IMG/VR virus record: IMGVR_UViG_3300046804_004458
Span: 15,660 to 79,659 of that record
Strand: one strand, 5' to 3'
From: a virus
Length of the DNA stretch: 64,000 bases
Shown here: positions 8,272-17,474 of the stretch, in pieces
Layout of the letters: every line of letters starts with the position of its first letter
Position numbering within the stretch: position 1 is the stretch's first letter
Notes under the pieces: model-generated
The model's input: the letters and a program-made list of their open reading frames with translations, nothing else
What the model was told of the DNA's origin: nothing
Database searches by the model: none
Position numbers and translations under genes: made by a program

Positions 8272-8706
8272 CTACTTTATGGCCCTGTTAGTAACCCAAC
8301 CAAAAAAGAACTTTTTATTGGTTGGTCTTTTCTCACATATTTTTACATAGTACTTTACAGTATTTAACTGTTTGTTTGCCATGTAAGTCTTATGTTTTAT
8401 TGTTTTTATTTCTTCTTTATAATAGGAACAACTATCAGGTTGATCATATGATAGCTGTACTGTACCTGCTACAGGTGTGTTAAGAATAGAGGTAATGGTT
8501 TCAAAAAAGACTTTCTTTTCAGCAGGTTTCTTTTTGCATAAAGCCACACAAGCTTTTATATTTTTTAGTGGGATTTCTGCTTTGTATAGTTTTTCCATTG
8601 CTTTAGCCAATTCCATCTTGTAAACAAGACAACTATCCATTGGGCTTTGGGCCTGACTATTAATTGAGCACCCTATTATAAACAGGAACAGTACTATCTT
8701 TTTCAT
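8272..8706 (-). CDS. exported protein with two repeats resembling the C-terminal peptidoglycan-binding segment of GH108 lysozymes
   Basis: Signal peptide MKKIVLFLFIIGCSINSQA; repeats DSC..Y...CxKxP..KK.FF; ends KKFFFGWVTNRA. Confidence 0.7.
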   Translation of the reverse strand: MKKIVLFLFIIGCSINSQAQSPMDSCLVYKMELAKAMEKLYKAEIPLKNIKACVALCKKKPAEKKVFFETITSILNTPVAGTVQLSYDQPDSCSYYKEEIKTIKHKTYMANKQLNTVKYYVKICEKRPTNKKFFFGWVTNRAIK

Positions 8707-9138
8707 TTATGCCTCATTATTTTGGTTAAGAATATTTAAAGTACTGGTATCCATCTTACCTGTCTCAGGTATATCCAAAGACCTTTGGCATAAAACTACT
8801 GCCTGATGTACACCCATATTTACAGCAGAGTCAAAAAGATCTGCAGCCACTTCCTGGTTATGTATTTCATCTCCTTTTACTTTGTCCCAAAAGTGATGTT
8901 TATAAAAAGCATGACAGTCTGATTCCAAACCAGGTATCTCTGCTTCTGTAAAGATGTGCCCTGTTTTTGGTTGTCCATGTGCTGCTACCCAAGTTGCAAT
9001 TTTTTCCCAACCAACCCATGTAGGAAAGTTCTTTTTAGTAATTCCCCTATAAGTATATCCACCTGCATCAGCTGGATCATTTACAAAACCACCTTCTGCT
9101 TTAAGTGTATGCCCTATTGCTTTTTTAAAATCAGCCAT
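8707..9138 (-). CDS. endolysin, glycoside hydrolase family 108, lacking the usual C-terminus
   Basis: EGGFVNDPADAGGYTYRGIT; FYKHHFWD; LFDSAVNMG..AV...QR.L. Confidence 0.92.
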   Translation of the reverse strand: MADFKKAIGHTLKAEGGFVNDPADAGGYTYRGITKKNFPTWVGWEKIATWVAAHGQPKTGHIFTEAEIPGLESDCHAFYKHHFWDKVKGDEIHNQEVAADLFDSAVNMGVHQAVVLCQRSLDIPETGKMDTSTLNILNQNNEA

Positions 9139-9152
9139 TATTTATTGTTTTT

Positions 9153-9848
9153 TTATTTTTTAAAATAATAAGTATGTACCATATCAGCAGCTATTCCTAA
9201 TACAGCTACTATAAGACCACCCTCTATAAAAGACCTTGTTGAAACATATTTAGTTCTTCTCTCTTCTCTGTCTAATTTATATTTATAGTCCTCTACTCTC
9301 ATTTCCATAGTAGTTTTGTATAAATCAAATTTACCCTGAGTTTCTGCTTTTGTAAGATCAACTTTAATTCTTTCAAAGTTAAGCCGATCATTCATAGCTT
9401 TTATAGTATCTTCTAAACTTTTACTTTTTAAAATAAGTTTTTCACTTTTTTCAGAAAGTAGTTTTAAGCTGCCTTCATAATCTTTATTTTTTATGTAAAT
9501 AGCATTGCTGTAATCTGTCAAAAAGGAATTAGCTTCCGTAAGAGTATCTATTTTTTTATTTGCAGCCTTTATGTCTTCTTTAAACATTAAAAACTTCTTG
9601 TTCATGTCCTTTCCCTGTTGCACAGTCATTACAACTACTGTATCCCCATCCAATACTTTAACCAAAGGATATTGAGATGGAGGTGGTGGAGGAACAGGTA
9701 CAAGCTGTTGATTAGTTACCTGTGGGCTTACAGCTACATTATTCGTCTGAGGTACCTGGTTTACTGTTGTCTGACTGACTGACTGGCAATAAGTTAAATG
9801 GCTTATTAACACGAACAACAGTGTCCCCAAGCTTGGCTTTAAGTTCAT
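9153..9848 (-). CDS. spanin-like envelope protein (signal peptide, coiled coil, C-terminal TM helix)
   Basis: Hydrophobic N-terminus, long coiled coil, GGLIVAVLGIAA; lies in the lysis cassette. Confidence 0.6.
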   Translation of the reverse strand: MNLKPSLGTLLFVLISHLTYCQSVSQTTVNQVPQTNNVAVSPQVTNQQLVPVPPPPPSQYPLVKVLDGDTVVVMTVQQGKDMNKKFLMFKEDIKAANKKIDTLTEANSFLTDYSNAIYIKNKDYEGSLKLLSEKSEKLILKSKSLEDTIKAMNDRLNFERIKVDLTKAETQGKFDLYKTTMEMRVEDYKYKLDREERRTKYVSTRSFIEGGLIVAVLGIAADMVHTYYFKK

Positions 9849-10107
9849 TATTTTCTTTTTTAAGTACTACTACCTCATTATGTAACACTTCAATCTTTTT
9901 AACAGTCTTTTCTACTTTTTTTGAAATTGCCGAATCACTTTGCTGATTTGCTTTTCCAATTGAAGTAACACTGTTTTTACTTTTAAAAAGAACTGAGTCA
10001 AGTTTTTCATATTTATCTTTTATTGATGATGAAGAAAAATCACTTGGATTATTACAAGCAATCATAACTATTGTTGAGATGTATACTATTGTTTTTATTA
10101 TTTTCAT
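9739..10107 (-). CDS. lipoprotein, o-spanin-like
   Basis: Lipobox-like IVMIA|CNN, coiled coil; overlaps the next gene by 110 nt. Confidence 0.6.
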   Translation of the reverse strand: MKIIKTIVYISTIVMIACNNPSDFSSSSIKDKYEKLDSVLFKSKNSVTSIGKANQQSDSAISKKVEKTVKKIEVLHNEVVVLKKENNELKAKLGDTVVRVNKPFNLLPVSQSDNSKPGTSDE

Positions 10108-10108
10108 A

Positions 10109-10447
10109 CTAGTTAATCTTGCCTAGTTGTTGTAATAATGCTATTTTAGACTCCGCAGCTGCAAGAGTACTATCAGACACTCTTAACTGGTTTACTACTC
10201 TGTCTACCTTATCTTCAAGAACTTGTATCTTTTTTCCTTGATCTTCAATCTGTTTGGTGTAGTTCATTTTACCATCTACATATAAATAACCAATAGCCAT
10301 AAGAACTATAAAAAGTAAACCTTTTACCGGATCTTTACTAAAATCTTTAAAACTTATGGGCATAACAGATGGAGCTTTGACTGCCACTGATTTACCAGTA
10401 GCAGCCTTCCCTCCTTGTTTAACCCCTGTGCTTTTAGCTGTTGCCAT
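10109..10447 (-). CDS. single-TM coiled-coil membrane protein (holin or i-spanin candidate)
   Basis: GLLFIVLMAIGYLYV followed by a coiled coil. Confidence 0.6.
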   Translation of the reverse strand: MATAKSTGVKQGGKAATGKSVAVKAPSVMPISFKDFSKDPVKGLLFIVLMAIGYLYVDGKMNYTKQIEDQGKKIQVLEDKVDRVVNQLRVSDSTLAAAESKIALLQQLGKIN

Positions 10448-10707
10448 TAAGCTTCAGATTTAGTTTCTTTATTTGCAGATGGCTTTTTTGTAAATTTATC
10501 TATAGTATCTGCTCCCATACCAACTACAGTTATAACCATAACTGCATTTACCAGCTCATTTGATGGCTTAATATCTCCATGTGAGTAACTATTAGCTAAC
10601 ATAGTTCCACTTAAAAATAAAGCACCTAGCAATGCTACAACTGGTTTAATAGAGGTAACACCTCTTTCATCTTTAAAAAGGTCAATTAACCATGCTTTAA
10701 AGTTCAT
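10447..10707 (-). CDS. holin candidate (2 TM helices, basic C-tail)
   Basis: VVALLGALFLSGTMLA / LVNAVMVITVVGMGA; upstream of the endolysin. Confidence 0.65.
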   Translation of the reverse strand: MNFKAWLIDLFKDERGVTSIKPVVALLGALFLSGTMLANSYSHGDIKPSNELVNAVMVITVVGMGADTIDKFTKKPSANKETKSEA

Positions 10708-10717
10708 ATATATAATT

Positions 10718-11050
10718 TTAAGATTCTTTAAAAATTTTATATTCTATGTATTGACAAGGCCGGCCTCCAGTCTGCTTAGGAACTCCTTTTACGGCCACCA
10801 AAGAGTTTGGAAGTATGTTACCCTTACTATCCAGCTGATACCAGTATCTAAGGCCATTGGAAGGGAAGCATTGTACATACCCAGCAGGTGCCTCCATGAC
10901 TGTACCTGTGAGCCTAGCCTCCCGGCACTTATATCCCTGATCAATTTTATTGTTATTTGCTTTAGCATACATTGTACCAGGTATAGGATGTTGTGCTTCA
11001 TCCAAGTGTACAAAATAATAAAGGCATGTTCTACTTGTTGTAGTACTCAT
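10718..11050 (-). CDS. hypothetical protein with an internal duplication
   Basis: YYFVHLDEAQHPIPGT and YWYQLDSKGNILPNS repeats. Confidence 0.7.
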   Translation of the reverse strand: MSTTTSRTCLYYFVHLDEAQHPIPGTMYAKANNNKIDQGYKCREARLTGTVMEAPAGYVQCFPSNGLRYWYQLDSKGNILPNSLVAVKGVPKQTGGRPCQYIEYKIFKES

Positions 11051-11136
11051 AATTAATAGTTTTTATCTCTCACTATTAATATACAAAAAAACCGGCAGGA
11101 AGCCAAATTAAAATTAAATAAATGAATCAAAAAGAG

Positions 11137-11153
11137 TAAACATTTTATGTTTA
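11137..11153. promoter_or_regulatory. operator-like palindrome TAAACAT-TTT-ATGTTTA (copy 1)
   Basis: Identical copy at 54540-54556; next to TAAATTTG (11159-11166). Confidence 0.6.
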
Positions 11154-11186
11154 TGTTGTAAATTTGTAACTCTCCAAAGAAATATT

Positions 11187-11609
11187 ATGGTTATAAATAA
11201 AAAAATAACAAGAGGGGTTGTTCACGTTGTTCCTCATAAATACAACAGTGTATACAATGTATTAGAAAATGGGGATTTATGTATTAATATAGAACAAGTT
11301 GAAATACATAGACTAAAAGAAAAAATTGGAATGACTACAGTTAAAAAAACAGCTTCTATATCAGGTGAGTTTGAGTTTATGTTTAATATGGAATATAAAA
11401 GTAATCAAGGCCTACCTGGAAATATACATATAATAGAACAATTAACACCTGTAGTAGAGGACTCTCCTGAGGAATATTTGTACTGGGATGAAAATAAAAC
11501 TATGGTTCACCGTGACAACAGTGGTAATGTTATTTACAGATACCAACTATATTGCCCAAATGAACCATATAATACATCCGGTCAAATAGATACACTTTTA
11601 GTTATTTGA
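11187..11609 (+). CDS. hypothetical protein, the only + strand gene in the late region
   Basis: 140-aa ORF with its own TAAATTTG promoter box. Confidence 0.75.
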   Translation: MVINKKITRGVVHVVPHKYNSVYNVLENGDLCINIEQVEIHRLKEKIGMTTVKKTASISGEFEFMFNMEYKSNQGLPGNIHIIEQLTPVVEDSPEEYLYWDENKTMVHRDNSGNVIYRYQLYCPNEPYNTSGQIDTLLVI

Positions 11610-14600
11610 CATAAAAGCTATTAGTTGTTATAAGAGATTGTATTCTGTTATATTCTTTTAGTATAGGAAATACATCTCTTGCCTGTTTTGTCAGGTGTGA
11701 TTGTCCCTCATATGGCCCTCTCTGATAGTATCTATGCTCGTCATCAAGGAATGGGTATTGGTAACTTGCCTGTAAAAGTTCTGCAAATTCTTTTATACTA
11801 CCTGCACCTGCTATGGGGTTTTTAAACAGTTTATATGCCTCTACTACACCTATAGGAGGCACAAATAAACCAAACTCTGCAATAGACCTATCATTTTGTG
11901 TTTGAAGCCAGTGTATCCATCTTTTAAGGTTGGGGTCATCTGCCGGTATTCCATCTGCAAGAGACTTTATAATATGAGCAGTTACAAATAATGTTGCTAA
12001 AATTATTGCATCTCCCAAGTCTTTTTTCATGTTATTCTTTTGATGTGGGGTAAGTCTACTCCAAGCATCTCCAGATGTAAGATCTGCAAGACTATGCATT
12101 TTGGTTATAAAGCCCCACAAAGTTCTATACCTGCCTTCTATGTCCATTCCTCCACCAAGATTTTCATCATACTTACCTGCTTGGAATCTTTGTTTAAAGT
12201 TAGGCCATACCCATTTATGGAACTGCATTATTAACTGGCCCCACCATTCCCTTTCAAACATTGTTTTGTTAATAGGACTGTAGTTACCATGTATACGGTC
12301 TATAGTTTCTCTAATACGATTTGTGATAGCATGTTTTTCTTTATCGGTTAACTCAAATCCATCTTTAAGTTTTCCATGCCCTGTTTTCTCATCAAATTCA
12401 TAGGCATCATAAAGCATTACTTCTTCACCTGTTTTTGAGTTTTTTACAGGTATAGATGCAAGGATAGCATTTGCTACTTTTGATTGCATCATGTACTCAC
12501 CTGCTTCCATACCTGAGTAGCCACCAGCTTTTGCTAACCAGTTAACCTGCCCTCTTACAGCAGCTTCATAATGTTCTATGGCATGAAAATGGTCACAAAG
12601 CCACTCGTACTTAGAACCTGCTTTTTTGTGCTCATAAGTAGATCCTTTTACTTTATGTTCCATCGTTGCCCTCATATATCCTGTCATGGCTTTTGGAAAC
12701 TCTACAGCAGTCATTCTTCTCATAGCAGAGGCCTGGAAGAAATCACTACCTAAACTATCCAAGAAGTTATTTACAGAACCTGTAATAGCATTATTTACCC
12801 ACCCAAATACGTTAAAGGATACTCCAAGTGCAGATGTTGCTCCCATTAATTTTTTAACTACAGCATCTGCAGTACTTCTGTTCATAAGAGGATCATGATA
12901 AAAGCACATATCTAGCCAAGCATTAAACCTTTTATAGGCATTTGATTTTATACCAGCAACTTTTTCCCTTCCTACTACTACACCAAACTTTCTTACCTCT
13001 TGGTCAAACTCCATATTTAATAACTGGCTATTTACTGCTTGTAGATCATCTTCTATATCAGATTTAGCTTGAAACTGAGTAGCTGCTTTAAGCATCTCAG
13101 TAAGACCTATAGAAAGATCAGGATGAAGGTCAGTAGCTTTCATCTTATTTTTTTCCTTTTTAAGAAGGTTATTTAATCTATCTTTTTCTACGGCATAGTC
13201 ATGTTCTGATATAGAAGACTTTTTCTTTTCAAGTTCTTCCAGTGCACTATTTATTTTGTTTATCTGCAGTTGTGACTGTAGTGGGGTTACATACAACAAT
13301 GGAATAGTTTGTTTTACAGATCCTGCATTTGCAGAAACATCTTTATCCATTGCTACAGGTGTCTCAAACTGAGCCTTTACAGCATTTGCTATAAGTACTC
13401 CTAAGTTTATGTTTCCATCTGCTAATTTTTGCACCCAGTTTGCACCAAGTGTAGGAATAGCACCTCTTTTAAATATCTCAGCAGCATTGGTAGGTAACAT
13501 ATCTTGAATCTTACCCATTGTATCCACATACATCATGTAAAACTCTTTTTGAGCTCTACCTAATTCTGTAGTAGGATTCATTAATTTATAATAGTTTTCA
13601 TCTGCTATTACTTCACCTGTAGACTTAACAGTGTTTCTTACTTCTACATATTCTCTTTTAGGGAACCATGCACTATATTTTTCTGTTACTTTACCTGTAG
13701 GTTTACCATCCTTACCTACTTCAGCACTCATATAGTGAGGCACCTCTCTAAAATACTTTCTTTTAAAAGCTATAATTTCAGCTTCCTCCTCAGGTGTAGC
13801 TCCTCTGTAAAACTCCCATCTGTATGATGCCCCAACTTTTTTCCAGGTCTTATTTACTCTTTTAAGAGCACCACCATACTCTTCTTTATACATGTACTTT
13901 TCACGTTTAGCTAAAAACTCATCTGAGTATTTGTGATATTCACCAGAAGAAACATTTCCTTCTTCATCAAACTCTTCAGCACTTTCAAACTTTCTTTGTG
14001 CTTCTTTTTTATAATAAAGCATAATATTATGCTCTATATCTTCCTTACTTGCTGTTTTTACATCAGGTACCTCTTTGTATGTAAGAACATTGCCTTGAAG
14101 ATCTGTTAATTCACTATACACTTTATCCTGCATCTCCCTATATGTTCTTCCTATTTGAGAAATGATCTGGCCCATTTTTTTACCATTTCTATCCTTTCTC
14201 ATCATAAAGTCATACATGTTTGCAGTAATCTTACCACCATTAGCAGCTCTTAACTTTTCTGCTACAGGTAGTACTAACTCATTTATCATTTGTTCAGCAA
14301 GTTCTTTTGCTGCCAGGTATCTTGCCTTTACTCTTTTGTCTGCATTCTCAAGAATAACAACACCACTATTACCAAGTGTACCAAAGTTCAGCTCATTATT
14401 ACTTATGTCTTTATCTTCTTTTACCCAGTTAGTGAGCATATCAAGAGTTACATTTTTTCTGCTTGTAGTCTCTTTAATACCTTGTATATTGTATTGTTCA
14501 ACAGCATATGCAACATCTTGGCTAACATCATTAAGCTTTTGAACTACTTTTGAAAGTGTTATTGCTTGTTTGGCATCACCAAAAACATTAAGGTTCATTA

Positions 14601-17457
14601 TACCCTCAAATGTTTTTATAAACTTTTGTGCAAGTAATGCAGTTTTCAGATAATCTATTCTTCCTATGTTTTTAGGAAATTCTGCACCTTTATCTTTATC
14701 TGTTAAATATTTACTGATATTGGTTAATTGTTCATCCATAAATTTTAAAAACTCACCATATGCAGCAGTTCTTGAGCCATGACTTATACTGGTAGAAAGT
14801 ATTTGATATAACTTATCTACTCTGTCAACAGTTTCATCCCTTACTTTAAACTGGGCTACCTGTGTCAGTTTACCTGCAACATCTTTAACCCATCTTGTAC
14901 CAGAAATATGTCTAAGGTCTTCAAGTATGTTAGAGAACTTATCTATACCTTCATTTATCTCAGCAAGTTTATGGTCTAATAATTCTTCTATATTAGGAGG
15001 TACTATATTTTCTGCAGGTTTTTGTAACTCAGCATCTTTTATAGGATTGCCTACTTTAAACTCATCATTTATTTCTTTTAACCGGTCTTTGTTACTAAGT
15101 GGTGTAGGTACAAGTGCTTCTATAAGAGTATAATTATCAGATGGTCTACGTGTATGCTCCCCATCATCTTCTGCTCCAATGATTTCTGTTACCTTATTAC
15201 CCTGTGCATCTGTAATAGTTTTACGTTTAAGATAAACATGTTTAGTAGCAAGTCCGTCATTTGGGTCTACAAACCACCCTTGCAATTTAAGCATCTTGGC
15301 ATAAGACCCTATTTGTGCACCATGCTGTTGTGTTTTAGTTATTGCAGTTATGGGTTTTTGGGAATTAACAGTATTTTGTAATATTCTACTTGTAGCCTTA
15401 AGACCATATGGTGCCCTGTATGATGCAATTCCTCTTTTATTCCAAGAAGATTTAATGTCTACTACTTTCATGTTACCATAAGGATCTATAACAAGAAGGT
15501 CTATTGCACCTGCTACCAATGACTGGTCATCTGCTACAATTACCTGTGGTAATACTATTGAACCATCTGCAGTAAGTGCACCGTAATATTGAAGTAAGAT
15601 TGAGTATACATCTGCTTTTACATCTTCAGATAGTGTTTTAGTTTCTATATCTTTATACTTTTTGCCCAGACAAATATCTTGCATTATCTGGTCTACATCA
15701 TTGCCCCAGTCCCTGTTTGCTTCAAACTCGTCCTTAAGATCCTCTGGAAAATCAACACCTATAGCAGTTGTTAGTGATGTATATGTTGTTTTACCATCAC
15801 TACTTTTATAAACGTGAGTTTTTTTATCAAGAGTATATCTTTTATGTGGTTTAAAATATACTTCTTCAATTATCTTAGCTTGCATAGGAGTTGCTTTTTT
15901 AAAAGCATTCCTTGCTATTTCTTCCTCATCTTCATCTAACTGATAGTAAATACCTTTACCACCTAAAGAAGGTTGTAATTTGCTTATATTAGCATCTAGT
16001 ATTGATTTAGCTATTTCCTGGTAGGGAGTAAGTTCTTCTTTACCTTTAAACAACTGTTTAATAAAATCCCATAACCTTTGCCATAGAGACTTTGCCTTTT
16101 TATCTTCAAACATTCCAACTACAGCATCTGCTACAAGTTTACCTGCAGCTTCTCTTGCTATTTTATCTTCATCAATAGAACCATCTTCTTTTTTATACTC
16201 ATCAAGTTTGCCATATTGTTTCATGGTCTCCTGATAAACATCTCTTTCTTTTACATCTTTGAGTAGGTCTCTAAGCAAAGTAGAGTTAGCCGGTAGCATA
16301 TCTATAAACAGGTGTGCAGCTTCTTCTGATAATGTTTCTATGCCTGCTTTGCCGTTGGCAACCCTGATAATTTTATTAAGGGTATCTGTCATTGCAGCAG
16401 CACTAATACCTTTAGAAGTCATTATTTCCTGTACTTTTTCTACAGATATACCTAGTTTATTTAAGAAGTTTGTAACCTGTTCATCCAACTTTGTATCTAC
16501 CTCCCTACCGGAAGATGTAAGTTGATATAGAAAAGAGCCTAGTTCTGTATCTTTCTTCCATCTCCAGGTAGTCTCACTCATCTTTTGTACAGTATACCCC
16601 TGAGATTCTTTTTCTCTCATAGCTTTACTCATTTCTGCTCTTCTTGCCATGAAGTCCTTTGCAGTAACTGTTTCTTCATTCCATCCCTTTTCCATACCAT
16701 ACCTCTGCCCACCTGCAGTTTCTCTGGCACCACTCCAAGTAGCTCTGTCTACAGTTATTTTTGGTTGTTGCTGCAGTATAAGCTTTGTGGTATGTACAGC
16801 CCTTGGTAAAGGGGATACAAATACTTGAGATATTGTAGTACCTTTTAGTTGATTGCCTACTTTGTTTGCTTGTGCAGTACCTTTATCAGTAAGCATGGTA
16901 TCATCTGTCCGGAGGTTACCATCTGCATTGTCATCTGTCTCTCCATGTCTGATGAAGAAGATGTCTCCATTGGCTCCTTTTACTTTCTCCATTTCACCTG
17001 GTTTTGTACTTACATCCAGGTACATCTCAGGTGTGAGTTTTGATAGGTCCTCTGGTCTACCCATTTTATCCCATAGAAGCAAGAATTTGAGGACAGTAGA
17101 GTGAGTTACTACTGCACTGTTCCCAGGTGCAGAGTCCAGTATCCTTTTGCCTTCTTCTATGGTCCTGGTCTTTACATCATTGAATGACTCCCCACCACCG
17201 ACTTTGGCATTAGGATCAGACAATATCAACTTATCTATCACCGGTTCAAACTGTTTTTGGTTTTTACCTGAGAAAGTACCAGTATTCCAAGCTCTAAGAC
17301 TGTCAGATATCTCAACCTTACCTGGATACCACATAGACAAAGCTTTGCCAAAATCAGGTGTCTTTTCATTATTCTGTTGCCAAATAGATAATGCTTTACC
17401 TACACCAAATATGTCTTCAAGTTGTATATACTCTTTAGTTTTTACCGGACAACCCAT
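11602..17457 (-). CDS. large virion cargo protein: circularly permuted histidine phosphatase, degenerate zincin, PD-(D/E)xK nuclease and helical C-terminal region
   Basis: RHGETDDN, SPLPRA, GGES, VVTH; TLSEEAAH; AGAIDLLVIDPYGNMKVVDIKSS; adjacent to the virion RNAP. ATG at 17457 preferred over the ORF-track start at 17484. Confidence 0.8.
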   Translation of the reverse strand: MGCPVKTKEYIQLEDIFGVGKALSIWQQNNEKTPDFGKALSMWYPGKVEISDSLRAWNTGTFSGKNQKQFEPVIDKLILSDPNAKVGGGESFNDVKTRTIEEGKRILDSAPGNSAVVTHSTVLKFLLLWDKMGRPEDLSKLTPEMYLDVSTKPGEMEKVKGANGDIFFIRHGETDDNADGNLRTDDTMLTDKGTAQANKVGNQLKGTTISQVFVSPLPRAVHTTKLILQQQPKITVDRATWSGARETAGGQRYGMEKGWNEETVTAKDFMARRAEMSKAMREKESQGYTVQKMSETTWRWKKDTELGSFLYQLTSSGREVDTKLDEQVTNFLNKLGISVEKVQEIMTSKGISAAAMTDTLNKIIRVANGKAGIETLSEEAAHLFIDMLPANSTLLRDLLKDVKERDVYQETMKQYGKLDEYKKEDGSIDEDKIAREAAGKLVADAVVGMFEDKKAKSLWQRLWDFIKQLFKGKEELTPYQEIAKSILDANISKLQPSLGGKGIYYQLDEDEEEIARNAFKKATPMQAKIIEEVYFKPHKRYTLDKKTHVYKSSDGKTTYTSLTTAIGVDFPEDLKDEFEANRDWGNDVDQIMQDICLGKKYKDIETKTLSEDVKADVYSILLQYYGALTADGSIVLPQVIVADDQSLVAGAIDLLVIDPYGNMKVVDIKSSWNKRGIASYRAPYGLKATSRILQNTVNSQKPITAITKTQQHGAQIGSYAKMLKLQGWFVDPNDGLATKHVYLKRKTITDAQGNKVTEIIGAEDDGEHTRRPSDNYTLIEALVPTPLSNKDRLKEINDEFKVGNPIKDAELQKPAENIVPPNIEELLDHKLAEINEGIDKFSNILEDLRHISGTRWVKDVAGKLTQVAQFKVRDETVDRVDKLYQILSTSISHGSRTAAYGEFLKFMDEQLTNISKYLTDKDKGAEFPKNIGRIDYLKTALLAQKFIKTFEGIMNLNVFGDAKQAITLSKVVQKLNDVSQDVAYAVEQYNIQGIKETTSRKNVTLDMLTNWVKEDKDISNNELNFGTLGNSGVVILENADKRVKARYLAAKELAEQMINELVLPVAEKLRAANGGKITANMYDFMMRKDRNGKKMGQIISQIGRTYREMQDKVYSELTDLQGNVLTYKEVPDVKTASKEDIEHNIMLYYKKEAQRKFESAEEFDEEGNVSSGEYHKYSDEFLAKREKYMYKEEYGGALKRVNKTWKKVGASYRWEFYRGATPEEEAEIIAFKRKYFREVPHYMSAEVGKDGKPTGKVTEKYSAWFPKREYVEVRNTVKSTGEVIADENYYKLMNPTTELGRAQKEFYMMYVDTMGKIQDMLPTNAAEIFKRGAIPTLGANWVQKLADGNINLGVLIANAVKAQFETPVAMDKDVSANAGSVKQTIPLLYVTPLQSQLQINKINSALEELEKKKSSISEHDYAVEKDRLNNLLKKEKNKMKATDLHPDLSIGLTEMLKAATQFQAKSDIEDDLQAVNSQLLNMEFDQEVRKFGVVVGREKVAGIKSNAYKRFNAWLDMCFYHDPLMNRSTADAVVKKLMGATSALGVSFNVFGWVNNAITGSVNNFLDSLGSDFFQASAMRRMTAVEFPKAMTGYMRATMEHKVKGSTYEHKKAGSKYEWLCDHFHAIEHYEAAVRGQVNWLAKAGGYSGMEAGEYMMQSKVANAILASIPVKNSKTGEEVMLYDAYEFDEKTGHGKLKDGFELTDKEKHAITNRIRETIDRIHGNYSPINKTMFEREWWGQLIMQFHKWVWPNFKQRFQAGKYDENLGGGMDIEGRYRTLWGFITKMHSLADLTSGDAWSRLTPHQKNNMKKDLGDAIILATLFVTAHIIKSLADGIPADDPNLKRWIHWLQTQNDRSIAEFGLFVPPIGVVEAYKLFKNPIAGAGSIKEFAELLQASYQYPFLDDEHRYYQRGPYEGQSHLTKQARDVFPILKEYNRIQSLITTNSFYVK

Positions 17458-17474
17458 TGTAAAATTTTTTATTT

